DNA of 64,000 bases from Octopus vulgaris (GCA_951406725.2 OX597827.1:7068001-7132000); one strand, 5' to 3'; positions 42,282 to 53,577 are shown, counted from the stretch's first letter. The notes: generated by a model from the letters alone, not told the origin. A program made the numbers and translations.

Positions 42282-44678
42282 CTGTTGATGCGGTTCAGTG
42301 AAAGATGGGTTACCCCAGCTATCATATGATATAGTTCTGCAGTGAATATCTTCTCTGTCTACCATTGGTTGTTGGGATTTCTTCAGATTTCTCTCCATTG
42401 TGTACTGAACTCCAGGAGGAACACAAGTAGGATCAAATATATATTTTGATTGGATGTTTAATGCAGGTGTAACCTTGTGGTACATATCACCACTGTTGTT
42501 ATGGTTGTTGTTGTCTGTCTGCTTCAGCCTATGAACTATACAGATTGATATAGAGATCACCATGACAACTGATACGATCACAGCTGCTATAACAATAACA
42601 ATCATCACATTCAATTGGAGACCATTACTTGATTCTGTTGTTGTCTTTGAAGGGGTCTTAAATATCTTTGATGTGGTGTTACTAACTGTTAGAGTCAAAG
42701 ACAAAGTTGTTGTCGACGACAGAACTGGACTGCCACTGTCTTTCACACCTAATTCCAGTTCATAGAATCCAGCATCATTTTGGTAAAGTGAGCGAGAGAA
42801 AGATAAGACACCAGAGTGATGGTTCATTTGAAATAAGTGTTTCTCATTACCTCTGAGTATTTCATATGTGAGGAAGGCATTGTGTTGACTGTCTCTGTCA
42901 GAGGCCCTAACAACTGTGATATCATGGTCAGAGTGGGGATGGTAGTGGACATTAAGACTGAAAGGGTCAACATTAGGGAAACTGAAATAGGGAGCATTAT
43001 CATTTAAATCCATAACCTCAACAACAACATTTGCTCTCTTCTCCAGTGATGGTGTTCCTTTATCTTTTACTAAAACCTTAAACTCATACAGGTTCTTTTC
43101 TTCTCTGTCTAGGGACTCAGTTGTGGAAATGAATCCCACATCAGATATCTGAAATGGTAGAATATCTTTTCCATTAGATAAAAGAGAATAGGTTAATTGT
43201 CCTCCGTCTCCAATATCTGGGTCTGTGGCATTGACATATCCAACAGGGAAGTCTTTGTGTTCATTTTCATAGGTGAGAAACTTAAATATGTCCTGACTAA
43301 ACTGAGGTTGTACATCATTTATGTCAGTAACCAGCACAGAAAACCGTTTCTCTACTTTCAATGGAGGTAAACCATTATCTTGACATTTAATGGTGAAATT
43401 AAAGCTCTTCTCACTCTCCCTATCTATTTCACTCTTTACAACAACTTTGTATTTCTTTTCAGACTCTGAGATTAACTGAAGGTATTTATTTTGTAAATGG
43501 CACTTCACTTGTCCATTTACTCCATTGTCATTGTCGTTAACTTTGACATAAGCAACGAAGCTGTGAATTTTTGTTCCTTCTGAGATGACAGCTGCTTTTC
43601 CAGTTGACTTAATGACAAATCTAAAGTCAATGTTTGGTGGATTATTCAAGTGTGTGACACCATTTATTAGAACAGTAACAGTTGAGGACATAGGTGGTTT
43701 ACCATTATCTGTGGCTTTAACAAACACTTTATAGAATCTTCCAAACTGAAATTCTGTTGTTACAAATAGTTCTCCAGTTACTTTATTCAACCGAAAACAT
43801 TCTTTTATCTTATTAGGTGTTTTAGTACTAAAAGTATAAGAAATTCTTTGATTCTCTCCAATATCCGAATCTGTTGCAGACAATCTTAGAACAGGTATGT
43901 TTGTCTGGTGTATATCATTGATAGTGATGTTATAGATATTCTGGGAGAACACTGGGGAATTATCATTTTCATCTTGTACTGATATCATTATATCCAGTAC
44001 ACCTTCCTTTTGCGGAGATCCTCCATCTTTTGCAATCAACTGAATATTATAAATGTCTTTTTTCTCACAATCTAATGTACCTTTTAAAATTAGTTGTAAT
44101 AAATCATTCCCATCTGAATTATTAGATATAAACAATCGAAATGGAATATCTCCACTATCATAGAGTCGATAAATCAGTTTAGAATTTTGAATACTGACAT
44201 CATTATCAATGGCATTTGGAATAATCCTTTTTGAACCTATTAATAGACTTTCTGGTAAATTTATTTGAAATACCTTGTCTAAAAACATAGGATAATTATC
44301 ATTAACATCATCTATTACAACTTTGACTTCTAATATCTTGATAACAGAATGGCCTTCTTGAACTGCTACTTCCAAAATCCTGAAGCATTCCACATTATAT
44401 TGGCACAATGTTTCTGCATCCAATATGGCAGCGGTATACAAGTGTCCTCCAGGTGTAACATTAAATAACTGAACAGTTCCATCTGTACTATCCTGGATTA
44501 CATTAAATATTAGTCTGCTGCTATCACCCTGAGATGGTACAGTATTCAGCAGTTGTGTATCAGTGGCAATATCTCCAATATAGCTGTGTCTATCATTGTT
44601 CTCTTTCACATGGTAGGTATGATCCACACACCAGCAACTTCCAGAAAGAAACAACACCAACAATCCAACTGGACTCAT
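42282..44678 (-). CDS. PCDH: Protocadherin gene 5, large coding exon (divergent EC2-EC3); spliced product ~956 aa
   Basis: 810-aa ORF, six cadherin repeats plus TM; acceptor before 44685; donor CAG|gtaaga at 42282. Confidence 0.97.
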
Positions 44679-44904
44679 TTTCTATCTGAAATAGAGTTTT
44701 ATATCAATATTCATAATTCAAGATTTAATAAATGCAGAGAAAATATGACTGAAAATATCAGTCTATGATACAAGACTGTTGTATTCAACATATTGAACCA
44801 AGAAGCACAGTCATCTGAAATAATTTATTGATCACACAACATGACTGAGGGCAATATGTCAAAAGGTCAGTTTGTCATTGCTAAAGTATATTATCAAATA
44901 ATAA

Positions 44905-45537
44905 TCTTTATATATAAAAGTGAGGTTGTGTGCTGTCTGTCTCCTACGATTTAGATTCCTAACTACTCCCACATTTTGCGGTGCAGTTTAACAAAACCGG
45001 GTATCTTATAGTCGTGATTCATATCGAGCCCTTCTGGGTATTAGCGCGCGTCTACGATTTAAAAAAAAATTTACCATCAATTTTTCCCATTTTTAATGCA
45101 TTTTTGGCATATATAAGGGAAGTAACTCTCTAAAAATGTCTACGATGAGTCAACGTAGTATATATTTATATATAAAAGAGAGGTTGTGTGCTGTCTGTCT
45201 CCTACGATTTAGATTCCTAACTACTCCCACATTTTGCGGTGCAGTTTATCTTATTGTCGTCATTCATATCGAGCCCTTCTATGTATTAGCACACGTCTAC
45301 GATTTAAAAAAAAAATTACCATCATATTTTTCCCATTTTTAATGCATTTTTGGCATATATAAGGGAAGTAACTCTCTAAAAATTTATTATTAAATCTCAG
45401 AACGTAAAAAGCTACATTAACACCCCCCCCACTTTGTGGTTAGCCATGTTGAGATGGCTATTATACTTTACATCTCTAAAAATGCTTATATAGTTATTTC
45501 CCTTACAAACCCGAGCAACGCCGGGCAATACTGCTAG
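44905..45537 (+). mobile_element. Non-autonomous Helitron with internal tandem duplication, intron 1 of gene 5
   Basis: 5' TC, 3' CTAG, subterminal hairpin cccgagcaacgccggg, inserted between A and T with no TSD; head repeated from ~45161. Confidence 0.85.
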
Positions 45538-45824
45538 TGAATAATAATCGTATACAGTGCTCAGGTGCACTGCAACTCATAACAAAAAGTAACCAAAAGG
45601 GCATGAACAGTTCATAAAATAGGCACAGGAAAAGAACAGTGAATAAGTCTCCCCCACCAAAAAAGGACAAAAATCGGGAGAAGAAACGGAGATGGGGTGG
45701 GGCCATCAGGTGTACAGTTGGTGAATTTCAGGGAGCATGGACGATTCCCACCTCCCAGGATGCCAATTATTTCACTTTCTCTATCTCTTACACAATAACT
45801 GTCATTTTAAAATAGAGAAATACC

Positions 45825-46045
45825 TATTTCTTTACTACCCACAAGGGGCTAAACACAGAGGGGACAAACAAGGACAGACAAACGGATCAAGTCGATTATA
45901 TCGACCCCAGTGTGTAACTGGTACTTATTTAATCGACCCTGAAAGGATGAAAGGCAAAGTCGACCTCGGCGGAATTTGAACTCACAACGTAACGGCAGAC
46001 GAAATACCGCTAAGCATTTTGCCCGGTGTGCTAACGATTCTGCCA
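45825..46045 (-). mobile_element. tRNA-derived SINE, family C
   Basis: tggcagaatcgttagc A-box, gagttcaaattcc B-box; copies at 50533-50765, 50880-51080, 63112-63305. Confidence 0.85.
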
Positions 46046-46998
46046 TCATTGTCAGACATCGACTGGTGACAATATCTCATGTTTAAAACGACAATTTGAT
46101 ATATACCAGCCCTTGTATCAACTTCCCAATGTTACATATCTAAACTTCTCCCTGATATTACATTTCTAAACGTGGATCAAGCAGAGATATTAAGAGTTTC
46201 TTCTATTTTTTTGTAACACTACATCAGCACTGACCAAATATACTTGTGGTGCACCTGAGCACTGTATACAATAATTTCATTATTAAATTATAAATAGAAG
46301 TATTTTGAAAGGCAGTTAAGCGAAGAACTTATCGTTTTTTTTTAAAGTATCACATGCCAGAATAAAAGACGGACGTTAAATGATGATGATGATGGCGATT
46401 TCTTCCATACTCTAAGATGCTGTATTTCTTAACTGAAAGGTGTGAGTTGTGGGATATCTGGCTGCTATTTCTAGCAAGTCCAACAACTGCGTAGAACGTC
46501 GACGAATCTTTGGGAGTAATCTCCCTTGCTTTCAAAATTACATCGTGATTCAATTTCTTAAATGTAGAATCTGTCTGATGAAAACAGAATACTTCTTATT
46601 TTGCCATATAAAATAAAAACTTCATAAACCCTTATACAAATATAAAATAATACTGGTACTGTCAGTATATATCTATCAACAGTAACGGATATCATGGCTG
46701 TAGATGATTAGTCTGAGAATATTGTAAAAAAAGAGAAAATAATATATTTTTAAAGAATGTAAATGTTAAAATAATGTTGAATTGTATTTGTATTTTGTTG
46801 ATATTTCTGCCTTAAGTATTTTTTGAAAATATCTTATCAATAATTAACTGAAGGATTTAAAAAAAAATAATAACATTCTTGTACAGGAAGTAATAATGTT
46901 TCCTATTGATGTAGTTTTAAGATGGTGAGGGAGAGAGAAATGAACAAATGTCTAAAGAATCAAATTGTACATCAAAATAACTTTGAATAAATACTTGC

Positions 46999-47287
46999 CA
47001 ACAGTTGTTTATTGTTTATATAGTTGTTGCTGTGCTGTTTCAGGGTTTTGGTAACAAAGTTATATCAGTAGCAGAAGTTCTGAGTAGTTTGGTATGTGAC
47101 AGTGTTATGTAGTTCTATGGAGTTGGTTGTGTAGTATGTAATGTGTGTTGTAGCCAATGACAAGCTGTCTTTTATTCCAATGCAAGGAAACGGAAATACA
47201 GCCTCCAGTTCTTGCAGTAAATGATGGGCTGACTCACAAAATATTTCACTTAGACACACTAATGTATTGATACATACATATACATGT
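46999..47287 (-). promoter_or_regulatory. Promoter block and non-coding first exon of gene 5 (GC donor)
   Basis: Core 47183-47250; donor reads TTG|gcaagt at 46999. Confidence 0.7.
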
Positions 47288-48039
47288 GTGTGATGAGAAG
47301 ATTTAAAATTGAGTGGACAAAATCTATAGAATATTTGAATCAATGACAGACATAAATATCACTTTTAAAAATGTATCATAATTTAATTTCAAGGTAGAAA
47401 AAGGATTTTATGACTTTTGCAAAAGTTGTAAAACTTTTTGGTGAAAATTCCTTTAGCTTTCCCTACTGCATTTCCAAACTTCTCCATTTGAAATGTCTAC
47501 CATAAAAGTTATTAAAAAGATTATTTTAAGCTACTAATTACTTTATAAAATGGAAGAGTGCATTTAATAATGCGAAACTGTGGCTCTAAATAATTATATT
47601 GTATAATATGATATATGTTGTGAAGTATTCTTAATAGAAAACCAATAGATTTAAAATATAATTAAATCTTTTTTAATTTTTGAATGTGAAATCTTACACA
47701 AATATACATAAAAGTTGTAGCTGTTGAACTGAAAACAAGACTGAATGCTTTTCTAATGCATTCATATAATTGTATTTGTCTTTGTCAACTAATAAATGTT
47801 ATTTATTGTTCAATTATCAATTAACCAATAATACAATATTGTATGTGAATTAGGTGTTTTAAAGAGTATTTCATTGAAAATTCCTATAAGTTACTCCTGA
47901 TATTTTAATCAGTTTGTTATCTTTTCATTATTTCTTAAAGACTAAATGAGGAGAAAATATCAACTTTGAAGAAGAATTTACTTTAAATTAGTAACATTAA
48001 GAAATGCTATGAAAATGTTACATATTAATTGTCTGGAAA

Positions 48040-48570
48040 CCATTCAGTGACGTACAGCCAAGAGAATACCCTCCATCAGGTATTTGCCATATTCTGAATG
48101 CCTTACTTCCCTGGGCATGGATACATTGAAACTCCAACGTCTAGCAGCTGACTTGGCAGACACCCATAAAATTATCAACCATCTTACAAACAATAACTCT
48201 GAGTACCTTTTCAAACTCCACCTGTCTAACACCTGTGGACATGTTTACAAAGTCAGAAAACAGCACAGCTCCCATGACTTTAGGAAACATTTTTTGACGC
48301 TAAGAGTTGCTGAAGCATGGAACAAACTGCCGGCATCAGTTGTTAGTTGTCGGAGCACTGCATCCTTCAAAACTTCCATGCTTCCTGAGATTCGCCAACA
48401 CTACACCTGATTTTCTCCCCTCCATACACACGCAAGCATGTATCTGGCTCATACACAGTTCACTTTCCAGACATTTGCACATTAATGCATATGCTTTATA
48501 TGCACTTGCTGACAAGTTGTGGTGCACCTGAATACTGTATACAATAATTTCATTATTATTATTTCATTAT
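48040..48570 (+). mobile_element. 3' fragment of a CR1-clade LINE (ORF2 C-terminus, 3' UTR, (ATT)n tail)
   Basis: Translation ...RLAADL...GHVYKV...FLTLRVAEAWNKLPASVV...SFK matches the CR1 ORF2 C-terminal conserved region; ends gtggtgcacctga...ttcattattatt. Confidence 0.85.
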
Positions 48571-48798
48571 TACATAATACATGAATTATAAGATTTGTGT
48601 GGTATTATTCACGTTGTCATGTCTTTCATAACTCGTACTGTATGGAGCTGCCACTTCTCAAAGGAACACTTTGCCATTGGATTTTAAACTTCGTTTAAAG
48701 TCTCAAAATAAAAGCAATACTAAGAAGATACAATTGGAATAATCTGCTGTAGCTGCTTAGCGAAAAACAGATTAGGTGACACTAATATCAGTTGAATA

Positions 48799-49198
48799 TC
48801 TTTATATATAAAAGTGAGGTTGTGTGCTGTCTGTCTCCTACGATTTAGATTCCTAACTACTCCCACATTTTTCGGTAGGGTTTAACCAAAACCGGGTATC
48901 TTATAGTCGTGATTCATATCGAGCCCTTCTGGGTATTAGCGCGCGTCTACAATGAGTCTACGATTTAAAAAAAAATTTACCATCATTTTTTTCCATTTTA
49001 ATGCATTTTTCGCTATTATATAAGGGAAGTAACTCTCTAAAAATGTCTACGATGAGTCAATGATTTTAAAAAAAGTTTACCATCATTTTTTTTCCATTTT
49101 TAATGCATTTTTTTGCTATTTTTTGGCTATAACTCTCTAAAAATGCTTATATAGTTATTTCCCTTACAAACTCGAGCAACGCCGGGCGATACTGCTAG
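48799..49198 (+). mobile_element. Non-autonomous Helitron (same family as 44905-45537)
   Basis: a|TC...hairpin...CTAG|t, 400 bp. Confidence 0.85.
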
Positions 49199-49651
49199 TT
49201 TACTAATAAATGATTTATACCTTGTAATTAACCTTGCATACAGTGCCCATGTGTAACTTTAATGCATCCACATGTCCAAGTATTAATTTGTTGGAAGAGA
49301 TATTACAAATATTCTTGTAGATTCTCTTAAGTAAAAGTATTTTTCGTCTCCAATAAACACAAGTTCCTTTCTTTCGTTTATCTTGAAATCCATAGAATCT
49401 AAGGGAGGTAACTAATGATCAAACAATTTCTTTTGCTTTGTAAAAAGCGAAACCCATCTGAAACGAAACGAGTTTCTTTCCATAGATGGAGGTTGGAGTT
49501 TCATGGAAAACTGACGGCTATTCACAGACCACATAGAATTAAAATGCTTTCACGAGTATAATTTCAGTTTGGTCATTAGAACTGACGCGGGAGCAGATGT
49601 TCTGTAACAACAACTACAATATTTTCATTAATATCTTAATGTTCTATATTT

Positions 49652-49653
<2 letters not shown>

Positions 49654-49692
<39 letters not shown>

Positions 49693-49930
49693 CATTGTGT
49701 ACAGTGCTCAGGTGCACTACAACTCATCTAAAGTGTATATATAATCAGGTGTAGTTTTGGTGGATTTCGGAAAGCATGAGGACCTTAAAGGATGCTGTGT
49801 CATGGCAGTCAACAACTGACGCAGGCAACTCTGAGCGTGAAAAAATGTTTCCGAAAGTCATGGGAGCTGTGTTGTTTTCTGACTTTGTAGGCATGTCCAC
49901 GTGTGTTGGACACATGGAGATCAAAAATTC
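49654..49930 (-). mobile_element. CR1 3' fragment with (AAT)n tail
   Basis: Reverse complement aligns to 48220-48560. Confidence 0.75.
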
Positions 49931-50029
49931 TTTGAATTGTTTCAGTCATTTGAAGGTTTTATTTTGTTGATAATGGTGGTGGTGGTGGTGAGGTTATGAT
50001 GATGATGATGATATTGATGATGATGTAAC

Positions 50030-50335
50030 TGGTTAGTGTATTTAGCTCACGATTGTAAGGTCATGAGTTTGGTTCCCAGGGGCACAGTGGCACATTGTGC
50101 CCTTCAGCAAAACACGTTATTTAATGTTGTTCCAGTCTTCTTATCTAGCAAAACTGAGTAGAACTTGTATTTCAAAAGGTCGGCCTTGTCACATTCCGAA
50201 TCTCCTTGAGAACCATATTAAGTGTGTGTGTGTGTCAGTGGAGTACTCAGCCACTTGCATGTTAATTTCATGATCAGGCTGTTCCTTGGATTGGATCAAT
50301 TGGAACCCTCATAATTTATAACAACAAAATGCCAG
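50030..50335 (+). mobile_element. Degenerate SINE, family D
   Basis: Shares ccttgtcaca and gtggagt.ctcagccacttgca.gttaatt blocks with 62581-62924. Confidence 0.6.
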
Positions 50336-50532
50336 TATATATTTTATACTGCAGCTGTTTAAAATCTTAAACACAGCTTATGGACAGGCCCCATACACCT
50401 TAGAGGTCCAAGGTCTCTAGTTGGGAATCATAAATGTATAGGCTCCCATGTTGGGTTGTTGTTGAATACCTCTTATAAGTTCTGTTTTGAGCAGATCATT
50501 GATAAGGAAAAAGTTGTGTGAAGTAATATATT

Positions 50533-50765
50533 TATTTCTTTATTGCCCACAAGGGGCTAAACATAGAGGGGACAAACGAGGACAGACAAAGGGATTAAGT
50601 CGATTACATCGACCCCAGTGTGTAAACTGGTACTTATTTAATCGACCCCGAAAGGATGAAATGCAAAGCCGACCTCGGCGGAATTTGAACTTAGAATGTA
50701 ACGGCAGACGAAACACTGCTAAGCATTTCGCCAGTCATGCTAACATTTCTGCCAGCTCACCACCT
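50533..50765 (-). mobile_element. SINE family C
   Basis: Aligns to 45825-46045. Confidence 0.85.
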
Positions 50766-50879
50766 TACCCTACAAGTAATATATTTACTAGCTCTGATAA
50801 TGATGATGAAAGACAATTCAGTATAATATGGTTCTGTATAATATAGTTTTTGGCTGAATATCTCTTCTTCATTATCATA

Positions 50880-51080
50880 TTAGTTTCAAATTTTGGCACA
50901 AGGTCAGCAGTTTTGAGGGAGAGGTCAAGTTGCATATATTGATCCCCAGTATTCAACTGGTACTTATTTTATCAACCCCAAAACGATGAAAGGCAAAGAT
51001 GACCTCAGCAGAATTTGAAGTCAGAACGTAAAGACAGACAAAATGCTGCTAAGCCCAATATACCAACAATTCTGCCAGCT
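50880..51080 (-). mobile_element. SINE family C variant
   Basis: Shared core with a ggcacaagg tail variant also seen at ~21745. Confidence 0.7.
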
Positions 51081-51986
51081 TACTGCTCTGTATTTCATTA
51101 TCATATAAGCCATAGCCATTCCATCTTCTGTGTGAGATATGCAATCCTTAGACAAAACATCTACGAACAAGTTATCTTAAAATTAAGTGTGCAGGTGAAA
51201 ATGTGTGCCATATTATTTTAAGCTGTTAGAACTGTTTATTGAATGAGATTCCACAGCTATTTTCAATTTTTTGCTGGTTCATAAAGAGCTGCTTCATCTT
51301 CTGTTGTTGCTGTGACTGCTGCTGTCACTGTTGGTACCTCTACCATCATCGTTCTTGCTCAGTCCTCGCCTCTGGCAGATTTATCTTCAAAGCATTCCAG
51401 CTGTAACCGCCCTGTCTTCTTTTCTCAAAACAAAGTGTATCTAGGATTATATTTTCTGATGTGCCTCTCCTTTTTGTTAGGGTTAAGTGAGACATCAAGG
51501 ATATTTAGCTGTTATTTATAGCTGAACAACTGACCACCATAAAGACTCACTTGTTTTTTTTTTATGCTACTATTTAACCCTAGGTTAACTATTGTCAAAG
51601 ACATTTCAGTTATGACCATTCTATCTTTTTTTTATGTTCAGGAAATCTAAGACTACTTTGGCAGGAATAAGCAACTTCTTCACATAATGGCCAAATTTTG
51701 ACTTTTTTTCACTTTTGCCAATGGCCCACATGTATTATATTATATCATATATTATCAGCCAGGTACCCTTCTATTCCCAGAGGTCAGCATGCCAAGACTC
51801 TCCAGCTGTGTAGTACTGCATGCGTACTATCAGCCAGGCTATGGTTTACAATCCATTCTTTGAAGTTGTCAGTTTACAAATGCTTTTGACTGCCTCTTAA
51901 TTTCTTCTCCACCACACTTCCGGTCAGAATGGTCTTGGGCAGTGACATCATACATTGTCTAAGTTTTTACCCCATAGAGGACAATT

Positions 51987-52041
<55 letters not shown>

Positions 52042-52143
52042 TCAGGGTAAATACTTGATAGTTGTAAGCACCTGTATATACCATTTAGTGGTGTAGGTGA
52101 TAGAGTATATTTATCAAAATAAAAACATGATGCAAAGGATTTA

Positions 52144-52230
52144 GTGGTACATATATTTCAGGCCTTTATTAGATGGTTTATTACAATGCATAATTGATGT
52201 AAATGTGTGTCTGTAGCCTTCTTCAGCCGC
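52144..52230 (-). ncRNA. Mirror copy of the hammerhead motif in the left arm
   Basis: CUGAAGA at 52226-52220, GAAA at 52159-52156, U-AUAU-G-UA. Confidence 0.55.
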
Positions 52231-52419
52231 ATACAATTACTACCTCAAGGACATGTATTACATTATAAGTTTTACGTTGGGGATGCAAATCCTCATAGTC
52301 GCAGGATGGATGCTCTGATTTTGTTCTGGTGCCTCGCTCTGTCGTACGCGACTATGAGGATATGCATCCCCAATGTAAAACTTATGATGTAATACATGTC
52401 CCTGAGGTAGTAATTGTAT

Positions 52420-52506
52420 GCGGCTGAAGAAGGCTATAGACACACATTTACATCAATTATGCATTGTTATAAACCGTCTAATAAAGGCCTGAAACATATG
52501 TACCAC
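52420..52506 (+). ncRNA. Minimal type I hammerhead ribozyme motif
   Basis: CUGAAGA 52424-52430, stem II AGGCU/GGCCU extended by UAGAC/GUCUA, GAAA 52491-52494, C-AUAU-G, GUA cleavage triplet; stem I GCGG/CCAC with one mismatch. Confidence 0.65.
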
Positions 52507-52536
52507 TAAATCCTTTGCATCATGTTTTTATTTTGA

Positions 52537-52567
<31 letters not shown>

Positions 52568-53223
52568 GGACAACTGGCATATCATATTTTGCATATTAAA
52601 AATATTCTCATGTATCCATCCCTGGCAATGCAAATGTGACCACAAAGAAAACAAATTGGGGACAAAAGACTATTCAAACCACCAAGATCAACAGGCACCA
52701 AAAAAGGTTTTTCTTTGTCCTGTCAAAAAGTGATTGATCATCTCCCTTTGACCTACGACCTCAGCCATGTCAGCAGAAGTTCGAATGGACAGCAGCTGAC
52801 CTAGTTAGGTACAAAATCTACTGGAGCATGTCTATCTTTCTAGCTGTTTTGGTTCTTATAAATACCAGGATTTTAGCAGAGACCAAACACAGATTTCCCA
52901 TGATGCAACAGAGAGAGTCTCCACATGCAAGAGGAGAAAAGTTATTGGAAGCAATAACCAAAAGACTGCTAGTCTACTTTCCGAGCTGAATGAACGCACA
53001 CACAGACACATAACAAAACATATTCAGTTCTAACGCACCACTTCTACAAATGTGACCCTTTTTATTTATTTAACAACTTGTAGCAATTGGAAACATTTAT
53101 ATGTAGTGGTGAAGTATATATACTAACAACACAATTTAAATCCAGTTAGTCCTAAAGCATAATGTTCCTAAAGGTTAGCAATGGTCTTCCTTGGTCACGA
53201 GTGGACAGCTATCATATATATAT

Positions 53224-53527
53224 ATATGAAAGAAAAAGGTGTTCAGAATGCTGGATGGGTGTATATAAAAATATATAATTATTTACATATCACATATTAT
53301 TTCTTCAAATCACATATTTAAGCGCTTTCAACCACTACTGTAGTTTCATCAGAAAACTACAGTAGTAGTTGAAAGCGCTTAAATATGTAATTAAATATGT
53401 GATTTGAAGAAATAATATGTGATATGTAAATAATTATATATATATTTTTTTATATACAACCATCCAGCATTCTGAACACCTTTTTCTTTCATATGTATTA
53501 AATCTGTACATCACCCCCAATACTTCA

Positions 53528-53530
<3 letters not shown>
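53224..53530. mobile_element. Palindromic element 2 (~125-bp arms, 7-nt spacer, 36-nt tail), probable Penelope-like remnant
   Basis: Arms 53224-53346 / 53354-53494, tail 53495-53530, (TA)n flanks. Confidence 0.7.
53316..53356 (-). ncRNA. Minimal hammerhead ribozyme motif at the palindrome centre, stem I truncated
   Basis: UUUU-CUGAUGA-AACUAC-agua-GUGGUU-GAAA-GCGC-UU-AAAU; palindromic stem III AAGCGCUU. Confidence 0.6.

Positions 53531-53577
<47 letters not shown>

Larger units (their letters stand above)
12200..47300. repeat. Tandem segmental duplication, ~9 kb unit (donor-to-donor offsets 9233, 8976, 8971 bp); a more diverged unit lies at ~2.2-11.9 kb
   Basis: Collinear recurrence of exons, introns, SINE insertions and promoter. 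Confidence 0.95.
51994..52567. mobile_element. Palindromic element 1 (190-bp arms, one-sided tail), probable Penelope-like inverted pLTR remnant
   Basis: Arms 52113-52302 / 52348-52537, 45-nt spacer, (TA)n at both ends, 15-bp direct repeat ggacaa(t/c)tggcatat at 51979-51993 and 52568-52582. Confidence 0.75.

Noticed and set aside
52745-53030. tgacct-containing segment resembling molluscan Helentron-type repeats
   Set aside because: Single copy with no definable termini in this window
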